Below, in pieces: positions 30,944-39,021 of a stretch of DNA of 45,434 bases. The position numbers were made by a program, and so were the translations under genes. This stretch comes from Gammaproteobacteria bacterium (GTDB lineage Bacteria; Pseudomonadota; Gammaproteobacteria; UBA9214): contig JBATFE010000064.1 of assembly GCA_049664445.1 (NCBI GenBank), forward strand, positions 1 through 45,434, in the 5' to 3' direction. The stretch's first letter is position 1; each line of letters begins with the position of its first letter. The notes below the pieces were generated by a model that was given only the letters and a program-made list of their open reading frames with translations, was not told where the DNA came from and ran no database searches.

Positions 30944-32494
30944 ATGTACCAGCAATTTGCCGCTGATTTCACCACGAGCGGGGGCCAGCTGGCCTTTGGC
31001 ATCACCGGCAGTGGACCCAGCCTGAGCCTCATCGATGCCCTGGAAAAGCACGGTGCGACGTTTATCACTACCGGTCACGAGAGTACCGCCGCATTGATGG
31101 CCGGCGCCTGCGCCCGCCTGGCGGGCAAGCCGGCACTGGCCCTGAGTATCAAGGGACCCGGTTTCATGAATATGCTGCCCGGGCTGCTGTGCAACGCCTA
31201 TGAGGGGCTCCCCTCGCTCTCGCTGGCCGAATCCTATCCACAGGGGCATGCAGACGCACGCTGCCACAAGTGGCTCGATCACCGCGCCGCCGCTGCCGAG
31301 TTCCTTAAGCAGCAGCGCTTCTTCGATCCCGGCCAGGGTTTTCTCGGGCACTGCTGGGCGAGTGCCCGGGAGGAGTTTCCGGGCCCGGTGCACATCGACC
31401 TGGGTGCTGGCGAGAATATTGCGACGGTGGCCGCTGCGGAGGCGCCGGACAGCCCCGATTTCGAACAACTGGCGAACCGCATCGCGCAATGCAGCCGGCC
31501 GGTCTTGATCGTCGGCTCACTGGGACTGCGCGCGCCCTGGGGCAGTGATCTGCAACACCTCGCTATCCCCGTTTTTACCACCCCGGCCGGCAAGGGTGTG
31601 CTGGATGAATCCCTGGCAATGGCCGCGGGCGTCTTCACCGGCGCCGGTAAACCCGACACCCCTGAAAAGCGCTTGCTGCCGGCGGCCGATCTGCTGGTGA
31701 TGCTGGGCGTGCGTGCCGGGGAGATACTCAATCCGGCGTTCGACCGGCCTGAAACCCTGCAGATCGATACCCTTGCGGCAAGCGGCGGGCAACTGTTTCC
31801 GGCCCGCAGCCTCGGCGAACAGCATATTCTCAGCGAGGCACAGATCGGGCAGCTGCTCGGTCTGCTGCAGCAAAAGCCGTGGGGTGAGGAGCGGATTGTC
31901 GCTGCCCGCGGGCATCTCGATGTGCTCGCCGAACAGTTTGGCTGGAGCCCGATAACCGCCATGCGGGTGTTACAGGCGGTTCTGCCCGGGGCCACCCACG
32001 TCCTCGATACCGGCAATTTTACCGTGCTGGGAGAACACTTCCTGAAGGCGACCACACCCAGCAGCCTGCTGGGTACGCCCAACGGCCGTTACATGGGGGC
32101 GGGGCTCGGCTACGCGCTTGGTGCAGCTTTCGCCTTGCCGGATACACCGGTCGTGCTGTGGATCGGCGACGGTGGCATCCGTTCACTGCTCGGTGAACTG
32201 GCGCTGGCGGCCGATCACAACCGCAAGCTGCTGGTGATGGTCATGAAGGATGGCTATTTCGGCAGCATTCGCGGCAGCGCCCTCAGCAATGGCCTGACAC
32301 AGAACCCGGTCAAGTTGTCCAAGCGCTCGCTGCTGCGCATCGGCGAGGCGCTCGGGTTGCATACGCTGGCGGCCGGCAGCGAAAGCCAGCTGCACAGCGT
32401 GCTCGATGGCTGGCGGCGGAATCCGGTGACAACACTGTGCGAATGCCCGCTGGAACCCGACCGTTACATCGAACTCACTGCGCGACTAAGGTGA
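30944..32494 (+). CDS. Thiamine-pyrophosphate-dependent enzyme, acetolactate-synthase-like fold
   Basis: N-terminal Pyr domain (AFGITGSGPSLSLIDAL...TGHESTAALMAGACARLAGKPALALSIKGPGFMN) and a C-terminal TPP-binding motif (IGDGGIRSLLGELALAADHNRKLLVMVMKDGYFGS). 516 aa. Confidence 0.85.
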   Translation: MYQQFAADFTTSGGQLAFGITGSGPSLSLIDALEKHGATFITTGHESTAALMAGACARLAGKPALALSIKGPGFMNMLPGLLCNAYEGLPSLSLAESYPQGHADARCHKWLDHRAAAAEFLKQQRFFDPGQGFLGHCWASAREEFPGPVHIDLGAGENIATVAAAEAPDSPDFEQLANRIAQCSRPVLIVGSLGLRAPWGSDLQHLAIPVFTTPAGKGVLDESLAMAAGVFTGAGKPDTPEKRLLPAADLLVMLGVRAGEILNPAFDRPETLQIDTLAASGGQLFPARSLGEQHILSEAQIGQLLGLLQQKPWGEERIVAARGHLDVLAEQFGWSPITAMRVLQAVLPGATHVLDTGNFTVLGEHFLKATTPSSLLGTPNGRYMGAGLGYALGAAFALPDTPVVLWIGDGGIRSLLGELALAADHNRKLLVMVMKDGYFGSIRGSALSNGLTQNPVKLSKRSLLRIGEALGLHTLAAGSESQLHSVLDGWRRNPVTTLCECPLEPDRYIELTARLR

Positions 32495-32738
32495 GCCTCG
32501 GCACGCAACGCATCATCAGGGGAGGGCACAGCGACAGAGGAACAGTCAGCCACAGATACTGGTCGTCGGCAGCGGTTCCGCGGGACAACGCCACGGCAGG
32601 AATCTTCGCGAACTCGGTTGCAGCATTAGCTATTTCGACCCGCGCGCCGACCGGGTCGAGCAGGCGGCGGCTACAGATGCAGCGGCCGGCCGCTTCACGG
32701 ACCTGGATAGCGCCATCGGCAAGCGTGCCTGGGACGGC

Positions 32739-33539
32739 GTGGTGATTGCCTCGCCACCCAATTTCCACGTGCAGCAGATACTGCAAATTCTGCATGCCCA
32801 GGCCTGCCCGGTGCTCAGTGAAAAGCCCCTGAGTATCGATGCGTCATCGGCGGCACGACTGCTAGAGTATTCCTCCCGCATCCTGCTGGGTTACACCTAC
32901 CGCTGGTGGCCGCCACTGGCAGAGTATCGACGCAGGCTGCAGGCGGGTGTCATCGGCAGTATCCGCAACATGCGTTTTGTCATGAGCGCCCACCTGGCGG
33001 ACTGGCACCCCTGGGAGCCCTACCAGGACTTCTTCATGGCCCAGAAAGGTCTGGGTGGCGGTGCCTTGCTGGATGAGAGTCACTTCATCGACCTGATGCT
33101 GTGGTTCCTCGGCTGGCCGCATAGCGTCTATGCCCAGGTCGACAAGATCTCGGACCTCGAGATCGACAGCGACGACAATGTCGACATCCTGGTGCGCTAT
33201 ACATCCGGCGAACGGGTCAATCTGCACCTTGACCTCATCGGACGGCCGCACGAGCGCAGCATCACGGCCGTGGGAGAGAAGGGCACCCTGGTCTATTCAT
33301 ACGAGGACAATGCCATTCTCCACGGCACCAGCGGGGAAAAGCTCTGGGACAGGCAAACCTTCGAATGCGAACGCAACGACATGTTCATGGGGGTTGCCCG
33401 CGACTACCTCGACATGATCAACGGCAGCCTGGTTGACAAGTGCTGCGCGGTGGAAGACGGTGTCGCCGCGCTGAAGATCGTGGATGCCTGTCGTCAGAGT
33501 TCCGCCACAGGGCGATCGGTCGCGCTTGGGGGCCAGTGA
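32739..33539 (+). CDS. Gfo/Idh/MocA family oxidoreductase; the tracked ORF lacks the Rossmann domain, which is encoded in-frame upstream without a canonical start
   Basis: The tracked ORF starts inside the conserved DGVVIASPPNFH...VLSEKPL segment. The same frame stays open back to 32490 and encodes ILVVGSGSAGQRHGRNL (GxGxxG) at 32556 onward. See the related finding. Confidence 0.75.
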   Translation: MVIASPPNFHVQQILQILHAQACPVLSEKPLSIDASSAARLLEYSSRILLGYTYRWWPPLAEYRRRLQAGVIGSIRNMRFVMSAHLADWHPWEPYQDFFMAQKGLGGGALLDESHFIDLMLWFLGWPHSVYAQVDKISDLEIDSDDNVDILVRYTSGERVNLHLDLIGRPHERSITAVGEKGTLVYSYEDNAILHGTSGEKLWDRQTFECERNDMFMGVARDYLDMINGSLVDKCCAVEDGVAALKIVDACRQSSATGRSVALGGQ

Positions 33540-33555
33540 ATAACCGCCGGCGATT

Positions 33556-34680
33556 GTGTCATGGCCCTTGCAGGGCATTGTCTCTTTATTGTGCCAGCGG
33601 GTTTTTAAAGTGAACGGCAAGCCAGCAGACAGCGCCTCGAACTTCACGCCTTACTTCGGCGGTCCGGATCTTCCGCGCGGCTGCCTGCGTGATGTGCTGG
33701 CGCAACGGGTGGCGGCCGTGCCGGCAGGCGGTGAGATCGACTGGGTCACCTACTATTTTCGTGACCGGCGACTGGCACAGGATTTACTCGATGCCCGCCG
33801 CAGGGGTGTCAGGGTGCGCGTGACGCTGGATGCAAAGCCACGTACCGGACATGCCAGCGAACGGGTCGTGGCCATGCTGTCAGGGCCCGATGGCCTGGGT
33901 CCTGATCTGCGCACCGTGCAGCACAGACCGTACCCCGGCTCCCGCAGGAAACCCCGCCTGCATGAGAAACTCTACTGTTTCTCCCACCCGGTTCCCGAGG
34001 CACTGCTTGGTTCGTTCAACCCGTCAGGCGATGATCCGGAAGAACAGCCGGATATCATCGACGAGATCCTGGACCAGGACCGGGGGCATAATTTTCTGGT
34101 GGCCATCAACGATCCGCAGTTGGTCAACGGACTGTTGCGGCATGCGCGCCATATCCACCGGGGCCGCCACGGGTTGCTGGAGCGTTTCGATCCGGCCATG
34201 AACAGGCGGCTCAGCAGCGGGGATACCACGATACACTTCTGGCCGCGCATTTTGCCCAACCCCTATTCGCACCTGCTGCAACGCTTTGGCAGCGGCGCCC
34301 TGGTGCGGGTGGCGGCCTCACACATCAAGGGGCCGGGTGGTGTACGTGATCTTGTCGGCCTGAGGCGTCGTGGCGCGCGGGTGGAGGTACTGGCGGAGAG
34401 TACCCACCGGCGCGTGCCTCCGGCAATCGAGACCACGCTGCTGCGGGCAGGGGTAAGGCTGCGGCGTTTTGAGCATCCCGAGGGACTGCCCATGCACAAC
34501 AAGTTCGTGCTGGTCGAGGACGGCAACGCGTGCCGGACCCTGTTCGGCAGCTGCAACTGGACATCCCGCTCCCGCTGGCTGAATCACGAGATTGGCGTTA
34601 TCACCCGAAATCGTGCCCTGTTCGAGACATTCTCACAACGCTGGGATACTATGCTTGGCCAGTTCACCATCCATGATTGA
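33556..34680 (+). CDS. Phospholipase D-like (two HKD motifs) protein with no signal peptide
   Basis: HKD motif 1 is RLHEKLYCF...GSFNPSGDD (His codon at 33961). HKD motif 2 is MHNKFVLVEDGNACRTLFGSCNWTSRS (His codon at 34495). The start is uncertain, GTG 33556 or GTG 33610. Confidence 0.75.
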   Translation: MSWPLQGIVSLLCQRVFKVNGKPADSASNFTPYFGGPDLPRGCLRDVLAQRVAAVPAGGEIDWVTYYFRDRRLAQDLLDARRRGVRVRVTLDAKPRTGHASERVVAMLSGPDGLGPDLRTVQHRPYPGSRRKPRLHEKLYCFSHPVPEALLGSFNPSGDDPEEQPDIIDEILDQDRGHNFLVAINDPQLVNGLLRHARHIHRGRHGLLERFDPAMNRRLSSGDTTIHFWPRILPNPYSHLLQRFGSGALVRVAASHIKGPGGVRDLVGLRRRGARVEVLAESTHRRVPPAIETTLLRAGVRLRRFEHPEGLPMHNKFVLVEDGNACRTLFGSCNWTSRSRWLNHEIGVITRNRALFETFSQRWDTMLGQFTIHD

Positions 34681-34692
34681 TCCAATATCCAA

Positions 34693-35739
34693 GTGACCGA
34701 TAGCTGGCTGCACAATCCACGTAACGCGGCGCCCTGCACCATTATTGCCGAGGTCGGCCAGGCCCACGACGGCAGCCTGGGTATGGCGCATGCCTTCATC
34801 GATGCGGCCGCGACGGCGGGCGCTGATGCCATCAAGTTCCAGACCCACATCGCCGCCGCCGAGAGCACCCTCGCCGAGCCCTGGCGAAAACGCTTCAGCC
34901 TGCAGGACGAGACGCGTCTCGATTACTGGCGCCGCATGGAATTCAGCGCCGAGCAGTGGGCCGGCCTGCAGCGCCACAGCCATGAACGCGGGCTGCTGTT
35001 CCTGAGTTCGCCCTTTTCCATGGAAGCACTGGAATTGCTGGAGCGCATTGGCGTGGCCGGCTGGAAGATTCCCTCCGGAGAGATCAACAACCCCCGGCTG
35101 CTGGAGGGCATGGGGCGTAGCGGACGTCCGGTGATGATTTCCACCGGCATGAGTCCCTGGCCCGAGATCGACGCGGCGGTAGAACGCGTGCGCGCTTTCA
35201 AGGTGCCGCTGGCGGTGCTGCAGTGCACCTCCATGTATCCCTGTCCGCCGGAACAGGTCGGACTGAACGTCATCGAGGAATTCAGGGCGCGTTACCAGTG
35301 TGCCGTGGGGCTGTCAGACCACTCCGCGAGCATTTATGCGGGGCTTGCTGCAGCCAGCCAGGGCATCGAGGTGCTGGAGGTGCATATCACACCCAGTCGC
35401 GAGCTTTTCGGGCCCGATATACCGGCGTCGGTGACAACCGCCGAACTGCGACAGCTGGTAACGGGCGTCCGGGCCATCGAAACCATGCGTGCCAACCCGG
35501 TAGACAAATCGGCACCGCCGGATGCGGTGACACCGCTCAGGGATATTTTCATGAAGAGCGTGGTTGCCAGCCGTGACATGGTCGCCGGTACGGTGCTGCA
35601 GACCGAACACCTGACCACCAAGAAACCGGGCTGCGGCATCCCCGCAGAGCAGCTGGAGTCATTGATAGGACTGCGTACACGCAGGGCAATCAGCCGGGAC
35701 AGCCTGATTTCAATGGATGACCTGGAGGGCAGATCATGA
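34693..35739 (+). CDS. neuB: N-acetylneuraminate (nonulosonate) synthase family protein
   Basis: IIAEVGQAHDGSLGMAHAFIDAAATAGADAIKFQTH (NeuB/PseI/LegI-type TIM barrel N-terminus) with a C-terminal SAF/antifreeze-like domain. GTG start. Confidence 0.88.
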   Translation: MTDSWLHNPRNAAPCTIIAEVGQAHDGSLGMAHAFIDAAATAGADAIKFQTHIAAAESTLAEPWRKRFSLQDETRLDYWRRMEFSAEQWAGLQRHSHERGLLFLSSPFSMEALELLERIGVAGWKIPSGEINNPRLLEGMGRSGRPVMISTGMSPWPEIDAAVERVRAFKVPLAVLQCTSMYPCPPEQVGLNVIEEFRARYQCAVGLSDHSASIYAGLAAASQGIEVLEVHITPSRELFGPDIPASVTTAELRQLVTGVRAIETMRANPVDKSAPPDAVTPLRDIFMKSVVASRDMVAGTVLQTEHLTTKKPGCGIPAEQLESLIGLRTRRAISRDSLISMDDLEGRS

Positions 35740-36896
35740 GTATTCGTAAAGTGTGTGTGGTGATTACAGCACGGCCCAGTTATTCCCGGGTGCGCTCGGT
35801 GCTGACCGCTATTCGCGAGCACCCCGAACTGGAACTGCAGCTGGTGGTGGCCGCATCGGCCCTGCTGGAGCGTTACGGCAATGCCCACCTGGTGATGGAA
35901 CAGGAGGGTTTCCACATCGACCGTCGTATCTACATGATCGTCGAAGGGGAGACGCTGGTGACTTCCGCCAAGTCCACCGGCTTTGGACTGGCTGAAATGG
36001 CCACCACGCTCGATGACCTGAAACCTGACATGGTGATCACCATCGCGGACCGCTTCGAAACCATCGCCACGGCGATTGCGGCGGCCTATCTGAATATCCC
36101 GCTGGTTCATCTGCAGGGCGGTGAGGTCACCGGCTCGATCGATGAAAAGGTACGACATGCCGTTACCAAGCTGGCTGATATCCACCTGGTGGCCAGTGAT
36201 CAGGCGGCCACCCGGGTGATACGCATGGGTGAAAAGGAAGACCGGGTGTTCGTCACCGGCTGTCCCTCCATCGATGTCGCGGCCAGCGCCATTGCGGACG
36301 ACACCATCAGCCTGGAAACGATCATCGACCGCTTCGGTGGCGTTGGCGAGCGGGTGGACCTGAGCCCGGGTTATATTGTGGTGATGCAGCACCCGGTGAC
36401 GACCGAATACCGGCAGTCGCGCCGCCATATCGAGGAGACCCTGTACGCGGTCGCCGCGTCGAAATTACCCACCCTGTGGTTCTGGCCAAATGTGGACGCC
36501 GGTTCCGACGGCACCTCCAAGGGTATCCGTGCCTTTCGCGAGGCCCATGAACTCCCTAACATTCACTTTTTCAAGAATCTGCCACCCGAGGATTTTCTCA
36601 TGGTGCTGCATCACAGCCGCTGCATTGTCGGCAATTCCAGCGTGGCGGTACGCGAGTGTGCCTTCCTCGGTGTACCGGCAGTCAATATCGGCAGCCGCCA
36701 GAGTGGCCGCGACCGCGGCAGGAATATCATCGATGTGGATTATGAGCGCGAGCAGATCAGCGCCGCCATTGAACACCAGATCAACGCCCCGCGTCCACAG
36801 CAGGACCTGCTGTATGGTGACGGTCATGCAGGCGTGCGTATTGCGGAGGTGTTGACCACGGTACCGCTTGGAATCGAAAAGCAGCTTCCCTACTGA
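35736..36896 (+). CDS. neuC: UDP-N-acetylglucosamine 2-epimerase, hydrolysing NeuC type
   Basis: KVCVVITARPSYSRV..., GGEVTGSIDE, and CIVGNSSVAVRECAFLGVPAVNIGSRQSGR. The ATG overlaps the neuB stop (ATGA at 35736-35739). Confidence 0.88.
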   Translation: MSIRKVCVVITARPSYSRVRSVLTAIREHPELELQLVVAASALLERYGNAHLVMEQEGFHIDRRIYMIVEGETLVTSAKSTGFGLAEMATTLDDLKPDMVITIADRFETIATAIAAAYLNIPLVHLQGGEVTGSIDEKVRHAVTKLADIHLVASDQAATRVIRMGEKEDRVFVTGCPSIDVAASAIADDTISLETIIDRFGGVGERVDLSPGYIVVMQHPVTTEYRQSRRHIEETLYAVAASKLPTLWFWPNVDAGSDGTSKGIRAFREAHELPNIHFFKNLPPEDFLMVLHHSRCIVGNSSVAVRECAFLGVPAVNIGSRQSGRDRGRNIIDVDYEREQISAAIEHQINAPRPQQDLLYGDGHAGVRIAEVLTTVPLGIEKQLPY

Positions 36897-36908
36897 GGGT
36901 GGCTGGAT

Positions 36909-36940
36909 GCTGAAGCTGCAGGTATTTCAGCCCGCTTTTT
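36909..36940 (+). terminator. Candidate terminator hairpin after neuC
   Basis: GCTGAA (36909-36914) pairs with TTCAGC (36926-36931) around an 11-nt loop, followed by CCGCTTTTT. The stem is short and the T-run is not immediately adjacent, so this is weak. Confidence 0.3.
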
Positions 36941-37143
36941 GCACCAGTATCCCGGAGGCTGGCACAACAGGTTGTACACGCAGTCAGTGCAACCGCATTC
37001 ACGGCTGTTAATCTCAGGGCGGTAAATGAAAATATGTTGCTCTGATCCCGCCAGTTGGGTGATGTACAGGAATCAGACGGCATACCGGACATTCAGCATT
37101 CTCCATCGTAGCGGATGCCTCGGGAAAAATATCAACAACATAT

Positions 37144-38037
37144 TTACTTCCGGCCCGGTTTTTTCAGCAAGAGTTTCTTGAAGTGTTGCAAGGCATCACC
37201 TTGCAGGGACTCCACGTCGGTAGAGTAACCGAATAGTCGGGCTCCCGGTTCGAGCTGAGTCAGGATCCTGTCCCGGTAACGATTTTTACGAAATTGATTT
37301 TTGATAAAGAAATAATTCTTCTGTGACTTCCGGGGGAGGGTAATGGCATGTAAATGATAATCGGGGTCCGTAAGCCCAAGAAAATCGAACAATTTCTTGA
37401 CCGTCGTATCAGGCTCGGCGACGAGTTCCTCGTAGCGGCACAACACCCAGTTTTCATTATGGTATTTTTTGTAGGCGTCGCATGCCGCTCGCCAGGAATG
37501 CGCAGCCTTGAGCAACAAGTCGTCGGGAAGACTGTCGAAATCCGCGGTTCGCAAGAGAAAGCTGGCTTTCTGCTTGATCGTCATAGACTGCAAGGTATGC
37601 CAGGGATGACGGATACAGAAAACGTATTGAGCGTTGGGAAACATTTCCTGAAGCAGATTGACTCGCAATACGTGCAGAGGATTCTTTATCACCAAACGGA
37701 AAGTCCTGGCGTGATTGAGATACGCTTGTCGTACCCGCTGCACCGCGTCTGCATCGTAGATTGGAACGTCAATGCTGTGTCGCTTGCCATTCAGTGCGTA
37801 GGAGGAAAACGTGAAGTGCTGACACCAGATATCGTCATCTACAACACCGGAACGATCTTCAGGGCAGGATCGGCGCTTGTTTTTGAGCGAGTGTTCCGTG
37901 ATCAGGAAATTGCCCGGATAACCACCCAGGATACGGGACGTTAATAGTGTGCCCGATCGAGGGCATCCCAGAATTATTATAGGAGACCGATCGTCTGCAA
38001 CGCGATCGCTCGATAAAGCGTTGGTCGAGTCATTCAT
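37144..38037 (-). CDS. Sulfotransferase family protein, PAPS-dependent type
   Basis: 5'-PSB loop IIILGCPRSGTLLTS and the downstream LVIKNPLHVLRVNLLQEMFPNAQYVFCIRHPWHTLQS pattern typical of bacterial Sulfotransfer_3-like enzymes. Local GC is clearly lower than the surroundings. Confidence 0.85.
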   Translation of the reverse strand: MNDSTNALSSDRVADDRSPIIILGCPRSGTLLTSRILGGYPGNFLITEHSLKNKRRSCPEDRSGVVDDDIWCQHFTFSSYALNGKRHSIDVPIYDADAVQRVRQAYLNHARTFRLVIKNPLHVLRVNLLQEMFPNAQYVFCIRHPWHTLQSMTIKQKASFLLRTADFDSLPDDLLLKAAHSWRAACDAYKKYHNENWVLCRYEELVAEPDTTVKKLFDFLGLTDPDYHLHAITLPRKSQKNYFFIKNQFRKNRYRDRILTQLEPGARLFGYSTDVESLQGDALQHFKKLLLKKPGRK

Positions 38038-38178
38038 TGGGAGGTGGCGAGATTAATCGAGAAGTACGGCCTTCTTATTGACATACGAAGCATAACCTTC
38101 CCGTTTCGCGGGAATCAACCTGAACGGCCGTCGCAAACACACCTCCACGGCTGAATCGCTGACTCCCTGGCACGATAC

Positions 38179-38937
38179 CTAGAGAGTAGGTCGGAAATGT
38201 GAAGATCCTAGAAAGCGGCGGCTGTGTTTGAAGGCCTTCTGTCTTTCGTCGTGCAGGGCTTTCAACTCGTCGCCGTTACAGCCATCCAGCAACCCCTGGT
38301 CGCGAAAGACATCGAAGCGGAATCGGCGACCAAAGATCTGTTGGAGCACGTAACAAGTACGCAAGCGGGTTTCTACAATCGCCGAGACGCTCTGCCTGGA
38401 GTTGTTCACAACATGGACGAGGTCAAGGTCGCAGGTTTTGACACCATCCGATGGTGCCAGGGTAGACGGCCCGTCGACGAAGACGAACGAGTAAGGGCGA
38501 TCCGGCAGGTCACGGTAGCGCATGCCCCGGAACAGCCAATAATGGGTTTCCACGGTTGGGGACAAACGCAGGTCCACGTACTCACTCAGCGAAGCAGGAA
38601 ACAGTTCACCTGCCATTTCATACCAGCCCTGGTGCTCCTCCATCGAGGTTACCCGACCGGGTTCACTCCCTTCTCGGGCGTTTTCGGCTAACGCATAAGC
38701 GATCACTACGGTGGAGACGCCTGTACCGCACTCCAGTACTTCACGGGGCCGCAAAGTCCGTATGCGCCGATACAGCGTCGCATAGTCGGACCATGAGCAG
38801 CCAGTTGATTCGGTCCTGGACAGGTAGGTGCGCAGCAGCCGAGGAAGTTCTCCGGCAGATTCAATAAAGCGGCGGTCGCCTGTAGTGACCAACCTCTTGC
38901 CTATCGAGGTCAGGGCACGTCGCGCCGAATAAGTCAT
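38179..38937 (-). CDS. Class I SAM-dependent methyltransferase-like protein
   Basis: Motif I VLECGTGVSTVVIAYAL and a later FVFVDGP motif. The ATG at 38937 with GAGGA 8 nt upstream is preferred over the tracked GTG at 38988. Confidence 0.7.
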   Translation of the reverse strand: MTYSARRALTSIGKRLVTTGDRRFIESAGELPRLLRTYLSRTESTGCSWSDYATLYRRIRTLRPREVLECGTGVSTVVIAYALAENAREGSEPGRVTSMEEHQGWYEMAGELFPASLSEYVDLRLSPTVETHYWLFRGMRYRDLPDRPYSFVFVDGPSTLAPSDGVKTCDLDLVHVVNNSRQSVSAIVETRLRTCYVLQQIFGRRFRFDVFRDQGLLDGCNGDELKALHDERQKAFKHSRRFLGSSHFRPTL

Positions 38938-39021
38938 GTTCCTGTCCTCATCCAGTACTTTCGCCGTTATTCTCTTTGCCGTAAACACAACGAGCTATTG
39001 TTCCCGCCCCAACATTCACAG

